DNA of 64,000 nucleotides from an uncultured Gemmatimonadales bacterium. GTDB taxonomy: Bacteria; Gemmatimonadota; Gemmatimonadetes; Longimicrobiales; RSA9. The position numbers and the translations under genes were made by a program. The stretch spans positions 2,688,001 to 2,752,000 of the forward strand of contig OY970192.1 in NCBI GenBank assembly GCA_963708135.1, written 5' to 3'. The notes under the pieces are model-generated. The model saw only the letters and a program-made list of their open reading frames with translations, made no database searches and had not been told where the DNA came from. Shown piece after piece: positions 58,497-64,000 of this stretch; positions within the stretch are counted from its first letter, which is position 1; every line of letters starts with the position of its first letter.

Positions 58497-60839
58497 CTAA
58501 CGGGGTCGCTCCTGTGCCTGGATGCGGAACTCGTGCGGCGGCTCGGCGCCTAGGAGGTTCTTGACGAAGTAATCCCAGCGGCGCCGCACCATGTACGGCT
58601 CGTTGCCGAAGCCGTGGTGGCGGTTGGGGAAGGGGATGAGGTCGAAGTCCTTGTTGGCGGCGATGAGCGAGTCGATGACGAGGAGCGTGTTATACGGGGG
58701 TACGTTGTCGTCCGTGGTGCCGTAAGCAAGCAGCAACTTGCCCTTGAGGTTGCGGGCCACGAGCTGGTTGGCCTGGTTGTCGTAGCTGGTTGTGCCATCG
58801 GGGTGCGTCTCGAGCAGCCCCTGCCACTTCTCGCCCCAGTCGTCCTCGTAGTCGCGGTTGTCGTGGTTGCCGGCCTCGGCTATGCCCACCTTGAAGAAGT
58901 CGGGGTAGCGGAACATGGCGTCGGCGGTCGCGTAGCCGCCGCCGGAGTGGCCGTAGATGCCGGCGCGGTCGAGGTCGATCCAGGGGAAGCGGGCGGCGAG
59001 CTGCTTCATCGCGGCGACCTGGTCCGGCAGCCCGTTGTCGCCCATGTCGCCGTAGTAGGCGGCCTGGAAGGAATGGGACCGCATGGGCGTTCCCATGGCG
59101 TCGAGTTCGACGACGACGAAGCCGAGCTCGGCCAGCGCCTGCGCGTCGCCGCGCGCGGGCACGAACTGGCGCGTGCCCACGCTGCCCGTCTGCGGGCCCG
59201 GGTAGACGTGGTTCACGACCGGGTACTTCTTCGACGGATCGAAGTCGGTGGGGCGGAAGAGCAGCCCGTAGAGATCGGTCTTGCCGTCGCGCGCCTTGAC
59301 GGTGAACGGGATCGGCGGCTTCCACCCGGTGGTGGCGAGGCGGGAGACGTCGCCCTTCTCGAGCTTCACGAGGACCTGCCCGCCGGCCGCGTCGCGCAGC
59401 ACGCTCGTAGGCGGCGTGGTGGGCGTGGACCAGGTGTCGATGAAGGTCTTGCCATCCGGGGAAAGCGACACCTCGTGGTCCGCGCTGTCCGGCGTGAGCA
59501 GCCTCAGGTGCGTGCCGTCCATCCGGATGCTGTAGAAGTGGCGGAAGTACGGGTCGCCGGGCTCGCGGCCGGCGCCCAGGAAGAAGATGGTGCGCGTCTT
59601 CGGGTCCACGCGCAGCACCTGGAGCACGGGCCAGCTGCCGCTCGTGATGCGGCGCTTCAGCTTCCCGGTAGCCAGGTCGTAGAGGTAGAGGTGGCCCCAG
59701 TCGTCGCGCTGCGAGAACCAGATCACCTCGCTCGAGCCCGGCAGCACGTGCCAGTTCACCATGTTGTAGCCGGACTCGAAGAAGTCGGGCACCGTCTCCT
59801 TCAGGACATCGCGCACCTGGCCGGTGGCGGCATCGGCCTCGCGCAGCGTCTCCTCCCTGTGGTCGCGGGAGGTGGAGACGAAGAACAGCTTCGAGGCGTC
59901 GGGACTCCACTCCACGTCCGAGAAGTCCTGCCCGCGGCAGGCCACGTGGTCGCAGATGGTGGATCGGTGCTGGTCCGGCGGCATGCGCAGCCGGATGAGC
60001 CGCGGACCCTGCGGGTCGTCCACATCGATGATCACCCGATGGATCATGGCCACCACGCTGTCGCCCGGCAGCGGGTAGTGCCACGCGTCGAGGCTCGGAT
60101 GCCCGACTCGCGTGTGCACGAGGTACATCATCCCCACGCCGCGCTGGTCCTGCTGGAACGTGGCGATCTTCCTCGAGTCGGGTGACCAGAGCAGGATCGG
60201 CCGGTCGCTGTGGATCCAGCCCGCGTTGTCCGTGGCGTAGCCGTAGTCCTCCACCCCGTCCTGCGTCAGCCGCGTCTCCTTCCCCGTGGCCACGTCGCGC
60301 ACCCACAGGTTCCAGTCCCGGATGAAGGCCGCCTTCGTGCCGTCGGGCGAGACCACCTCGTTCCGGGAGCCGCCGCCACGCGACGTGTCCGCCGGCTCGC
60401 AGCGCGCCTCGTGGATCGAGCAGCGGTAGCGCGTGCCGTGCACGAAGAACGTGGCCGTCTGCCCGCTCGCGGGGAGCTCGAGCTCGACCAGTGGCAGCCG
60501 GTGCGCCTCGACCTTCGTCCCCGCCGCCGCCGACAGCGCCGCCGCCAGCTTCTCCTGGTCGAAGGCGTGCGTCCGCGAGCGACGCTTCGGGTCAACCACC
60601 ACGTACTCCTCGCCTTGCGCCACCCGCGTCCGGTACCACGCCTGGCCGCTCGCCAGCCAGGTCGGGCGCACCACCGTGCCCGTGACCAGCGGCACCGTGC
60701 TCTGTGACAGGAACTTCTCGGCGCGCGCATACGCCGCCGCGCTCACGCTGTCGGGAGAGTGGGGCTGCTGGGCACGGGCGGCCGTCGGCGCGGCGGCGGC
60801 CAGCGGCAGGAGCACGGCCAGGATCGAGCGGCGAGGCAT
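58497..60839 (-). CDS. S9 (dipeptidyl peptidase IV-like) peptidase
   Basis: Signal peptide, DPPIV_N propeller, GHSGGG, DDNV, HGF. Confidence 0.92.
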   Translation of the reverse strand: MPRRSILAVLLPLAAAAPTAARAQQPHSPDSVSAAAYARAEKFLSQSTVPLVTGTVVRPTWLASGQAWYRTRVAQGEEYVVVDPKRRSRTHAFDQEKLAAALSAAAGTKVEAHRLPLVELELPASGQTATFFVHGTRYRCSIHEARCEPADTSRGGGSRNEVVSPDGTKAAFIRDWNLWVRDVATGKETRLTQDGVEDYGYATDNAGWIHSDRPILLWSPDSRKIATFQQDQRGVGMMYLVHTRVGHPSLDAWHYPLPGDSVVAMIHRVIIDVDDPQGPRLIRLRMPPDQHRSTICDHVACRGQDFSDVEWSPDASKLFFVSTSRDHREETLREADAATGQVRDVLKETVPDFFESGYNMVNWHVLPGSSEVIWFSQRDDWGHLYLYDLATGKLKRRITSGSWPVLQVLRVDPKTRTIFFLGAGREPGDPYFRHFYSIRMDGTHLRLLTPDSADHEVSLSPDGKTFIDTWSTPTTPPTSVLRDAAGGQVLVKLEKGDVSRLATTGWKPPIPFTVKARDGKTDLYGLLFRPTDFDPSKKYPVVNHVYPGPQTGSVGTRQFVPARGDAQALAELGFVVVELDAMGTPMRSHSFQAAYYGDMGDNGLPDQVAAMKQLAARFPWIDLDRAGIYGHSGGGYATADAMFRYPDFFKVGIAEAGNHDNRDYEDDWGEKWQGLLETHPDGTTSYDNQANQLVARNLKGKLLLAYGTTDDNVPPYNTLLVIDSLIAANKDFDLIPFPNRHHGFGNEPYMVRRRWDYFVKNLLGAEPPHEFRIQAQERPR

Positions 60840-60907
60840 TTCTATTCCTCGGGATGGAGGTCGATGCGGGCGGGAAGATGGGAGGCTCGCCTCGGCGCGG
60901 CAACTTC

Positions 60908-61170
60908 CCCGGCGGCGGGCCGGGGGCTCCCGGAGCGACCCTGCTGTTGCGAAGGCGGTCGCCGCGGTGGCCTCCCGGGGCCGGGGCGGCCTGGCACGGC
61001 CCGGCGGCGGGCCGGGGGCTCCCCGGAGCGACCCTGCCGTTGCGAAGGCGGTCGCCGCGGTGGCCTCCCGGGGCGGGGGCGGCCTGGCACGGCCCGGCGG
61101 CGGGCCGGGGGCTCCCCGGAGCGACCCTGCTGTTGCGAAGGCGGTCGCGAAGGGGAGCCCCCGGCGCGCC
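60908..61170. repeat. 93-bp tandem palindromic repeat, ~2.7 units (family E)
   Basis: Anchor GAGCGACCCTG at 60933, 61026 and 61119; GCGACC/GGTCGC stem; closed by GGGGAGCCCCCGG. Confidence 0.85.
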
Positions 61171-61185
61171 GCCCCCCAGACCAGC

Positions 61186-62073
61186 CTACAAGAGCGCCTT
61201 CAGCATCAGCAGCGGCACGCCGAAGTTGCCCACGAAATGCCCGATGAACCCGGGCCACGTGTTCTTCGTCCGCTGCGCCACGAACGCGATCGCCAGCGTG
61301 ACCGGAAGCATGCCAACGAGGCTGGCCAGGTTCCAGTGGTAGAAGGCGTGGAACATGGCCCACAGCGTACCGTTCACCACCCAGGCCCAGCCGCCGTGCG
61401 CCAGCTCCTGCCGCGGCAGGATGTAGCCGCGCCACCAGAACTCCTCACCGCCCATGTTCAGCACCAGCATGATGATCGTGTACATGAAGAAGAGCCCCCA
61501 GCTGTACGGCACGCCCTGGAACGTCGTCGCCGTCGCGAAGTTCTTCATGAAATCCGCGAACGCCGCCGGCTGGTGGTAGAACACCACCGGCGCGAAGACC
61601 TGCGCCCACCGCGCCAGTATCGGCGAGACGAGTGCGATGAACAGGCAAAGCGCCAGCGTCCACAGCCAGTCCCGCTCGCTCATGCGCTGCAGCCGCATGC
61701 GGTCCCGGAACGCCGGCCACGTCCACGGCCGCCCCTCCAGCCGATAGGCGACGACCGCCGCCGCCAGCATGAGCGCCAGCGGCGTGCTGAAGGTGATCAG
61801 GAAGGTGTGGTAGGGAGACATTCCCCGGCCGAGCAGCCACGGAATCCCCACCAGCAGGAACAGGCTGAACACCGCCGACGGGATCCCGAAGAAGAGCAGC
61901 GCCAGCCCCAGCCCCATCGGCCTGAGCGGCGGTCCGGCCGGCGGCGCCGCCGCGGGACCCACCCAGCCGTCGCCCGCCGGTCGCGCGGCCGCTGGCGCCA
62001 CGGCGGGCGCCGTCGCGATGCCGCCGGACGCCGTGGTGCCGCCCGTGTCCCCCGCCACGTCTTGCGTGTCCAT
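61186..62073 (-). CDS. CPBP (CAAX/Abi) intramembrane metalloprotease
   Basis: GGAGG RBS; EEFWWRG, WAMFH, H...N motifs. Confidence 0.85.
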   Translation of the reverse strand: MDTQDVAGDTGGTTASGGIATAPAVAPAAARPAGDGWVGPAAAPPAGPPLRPMGLGLALLFFGIPSAVFSLFLLVGIPWLLGRGMSPYHTFLITFSTPLALMLAAAVVAYRLEGRPWTWPAFRDRMRLQRMSERDWLWTLALCLFIALVSPILARWAQVFAPVVFYHQPAAFADFMKNFATATTFQGVPYSWGLFFMYTIIMLVLNMGGEEFWWRGYILPRQELAHGGWAWVVNGTLWAMFHAFYHWNLASLVGMLPVTLAIAFVAQRTKNTWPGFIGHFVGNFGVPLLMLKALL

Positions 62074-62231
62074 GGCCCCCTCCTGGTCTGGATACGGTCC
62101 GGAATACAGCCCAATCCTCCATCGGCGTCGCCCGGCGTCAAGGAGTATGGGCCGCAGCCGGAGGGAGCGCCGGCCTGCCGCAGTCGAGCCGAGGGTGGGC
62201 ATCGCCGCCACCACGCGGTCTGCCCGTGCGG

Positions 62232-62672
62232 CTACTCCGCGCCGGCCCGCTCGAGCGCTTCGGTCATCACGGGACTGGGCGTACCCCTCGCCGTGAGCAC
62301 CACCACGTAGCCGTCGGGATCGCGGGCCACGAGGTCGATGGTGCCCCACGCGGTCGGCGCCGGCCCCTCCACCACTCCCCCTCCCATGCCGCGGGCGCGC
62401 TCGGCCAGGTCACCGAGCGTTTCCGCGTCCGCGGAGAAGGAGACGCGCACGCCCGCGCCGGGCGTGGCGGGCGCGTCGCCGCGCCGCGGCACCAGCAGCA
62501 GGTCCTGATACTTCGCGCGGCGGACGTGGACCAGCATCGGGGCTCCCTGGGGGATCTCGAGGCGGGCAATGACGTCGAAGCCCAGTCCGTCAACGTACCA
62601 GCGGGTGGCTGTCTCGAGGTCCGACACGGCGAACGTGGCAAAGGCCGGCATCGGGTAGATCTCGTGCTGCAT
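62232..62672 (-). CDS. VOC/glyoxalase family protein
   Basis: VSDLE...WYVDGLGF, WG, RDPDGY. Confidence 0.85.
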   Translation of the reverse strand: MQHEIYPMPAFATFAVSDLETATRWYVDGLGFDVIARLEIPQGAPMLVHVRRAKYQDLLLVPRRGDAPATPGAGVRVSFSADAETLGDLAERARGMGGGVVEGPAPTAWGTIDLVARDPDGYVVVLTARGTPSPVMTEALERAGAE

Positions 62673-62758
62673 CTGGGCGCTCCCGTTCGGATGATGCGCC
62701 ACGATGGCGCCTGACGCCGCGTGAGGGTCAAGGCTCGGGGGTTGGCGCTCGGGGTCTG

Positions 62759-63409
62759 CTACTCCTGCACCTCCGGCCCGTGGTACAGCCCGGCCGGGTT
62801 CGCGCCGAGCAGGCCGGCGTCGTAGAGCCGGCGGTCGAGGGGGCGGAGGCGGGCGGCGTCGCCCTCGGTCACGAGGACGGTGAGCGGGAGGGTGTCCATG
62901 TGCTCACCGATGTCGTCGAGGTCGTCCTCGCGCCGGCGCCAGTCGCCGAAGCGGGCGGTGCGCAGGTCGAGCGGCCGGGTATAGCCGCGCAGGGTGAGCT
63001 CGCCCCGCACGTTGAAGTAGAAGTCGAAGTAGGAGAGGACGAGCTCGCGCAGGGTGCGGTAGACGGGCGAGCGCCAGCGCAGCCCCGTGTAGTTGGACTT
63101 GGCGACGGCGCCGATCCGCCCGCGCTCGCGGAAGAGGGTGATGATGTGGTCGTCGTCGCGCACGGCGCGCAGGTCGACGACGATCGGCGGCCGGCCGTGG
63201 CGCTCGAGCGCCGCGGCCGCGAAGAGCGCGCCCTCCATGCAGTTCGCCCGCCGATCGCGAAGGACCCGGCGCGGCGAGCGGCAGGTGATCTCGTCGTTGT
63301 ACGGGATCGAGTCCAGGTACGCCTGCACGTCCTCCGGCGTGCGCAGCCCGTCGAGCGCCGCGCGCTCCGCCGCCGTCCACTCGCCTGCCGCCCTGGTGCC
63401 GCCTCGCAT
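62759..63409 (-). CDS. hypothetical protein, transglutaminase/papain-like Cys-His motif
   Basis: GAGGAG RBS; ANCMEGALFAAA, DDDH, AKSNY. Confidence 0.65.
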   Translation of the reverse strand: MRGGTRAAGEWTAAERAALDGLRTPEDVQAYLDSIPYNDEITCRSPRRVLRDRRANCMEGALFAAAALERHGRPPIVVDLRAVRDDDHIITLFRERGRIGAVAKSNYTGLRWRSPVYRTLRELVLSYFDFYFNVRGELTLRGYTRPLDLRTARFGDWRRREDDLDDIGEHMDTLPLTVLVTEGDAARLRPLDRRLYDAGLLGANPAGLYHGPEVQE

Positions 63410-63580
63410 CGGGCTCCTCCCCGCTCGCGCCATCGGTGTCGGAAACGGCCCTGAGTATCGCGCCCGTCGGCGCGGCCGGCAACGGCGGACTGGCCTCGTC
63501 CGGCGCCGCCCCCTATCATGCCCGGAAGCGCCCGCACCGCGCCCGCCGATCCGTTCACGCCGCCCCGGAGCCGTACCGTG

Positions 63581-64000
63581 ATGAGCGCGCCCGCACCGTG
63601 CCGTGCCCTCTCTCCCGGGCCGCCGGCCGCTCCGCCGACGTCCCGCTTCCTTGGCCGATTCAGCTCCAGGCCCGCGCCGCGCGCCGGAGCACATCGCCGC
63701 GTTGCCGGGCTCGCCCTCGTCCTCGCCCTCGCCGCGCTGGCCGCGGCGGCAGCCGCGCAGCAGCCCGATCTCGCGCTGCTCGGCGGGATGCACGCCCGCG
63801 GCATCGGCCCGGCGGGGATGAGCGGGCGGGTGGAGGCGGTGGACGCGGTCGCGTCGGACCCGCGCGTGATCTGGGTCGGCGCCGCGACCGGGGGGGTCTG
63901 GAAATCGACGGATGGCGGCGTGGTCTTCCGGCCGCTGTTCGACCACGAGGACGCGTCCTCGATCGGGGCGCTGGCCGTGAGCCAGTCGAACCCTGACGTG
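63581..64000 (+). CDS. VPS10/sortilin-like BNR-repeat protein, N-terminal part (runs off window end)
   Basis: Translated by hand: ...RGIGPAGMSGRV...GAATGGVWKSTDGG...SIGALAV...NPDV. Confidence 0.85.
   Translation, partial: MSAPAPCRALSPGPPAAPPTSRFLGRFSSRPAPRAGAHRRVAGLALVLALAALAAAAAAQQPDLALLGGMHARGIGPAGMSGRVEAVDAVASDPRVIWVGAATGGVWKSTDGGVVFRPLFDHEDASSIGALAVSQSNPDV

Overview
This is a very GC-rich bacterial window. Gene content suggests Gemmatimonadota-like origin (inference only). From left to right: (i) 1-20691 holds a ~20 kb surface/protein glycosylation cluster, all on the minus strand except one GT4. It has three GT-C membrane transferases (one TMTC-like), three DPM1-like GT2s, other GT2/GT4s, two methyltransferases, a Wzx flippase and a sulfotransferase-like protein, headed by a PilS/PilR-like sigma-54 two-component pair. 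(ii) A divergent peptidase/TolB-propeller/Omp85 fusion gene has a candidate sigma-54 promoter. (iii) Next come a Phd-like/VapC TA pair, an orphan wecB with an ISL3-like MITE upstream, FadL plus an SGNH lipoprotein, and an ADP-forming acyl-CoA ligase. (iv) The rest is housekeeping/accessory: ABC exporters, btpA, Mo-oxidoreductase/cytochrome b, mpl, ybbAP/tesA, a P1B-5 ATPase, murB, cysK, two ADOP permeases, an S9 peptidase, a CPBP protease and a VOC protein. The most striking structure is two separate loci in which a stand-alone four-helix-bundle (23S-IVP/Avd-like) gene sits inside its own array of ~200-226 bp tandem repeats, each locus between convergent genes. At 33543-35922 there are 8 full and 1 partial palindromic units; at 46354-47713 there are 3 units plus an inverted terminal copy. 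The layout recalls REP/RAYT but with a non-transposase protein. Several other G-rich short-tandem-repeat-bounded intergenic elements occur, and one arm lies in-frame inside mpl. Two single-base frameshifts (a GT2 and btpA) may be sequencing errors. No rRNA, tRNA or CRISPR array was seen.
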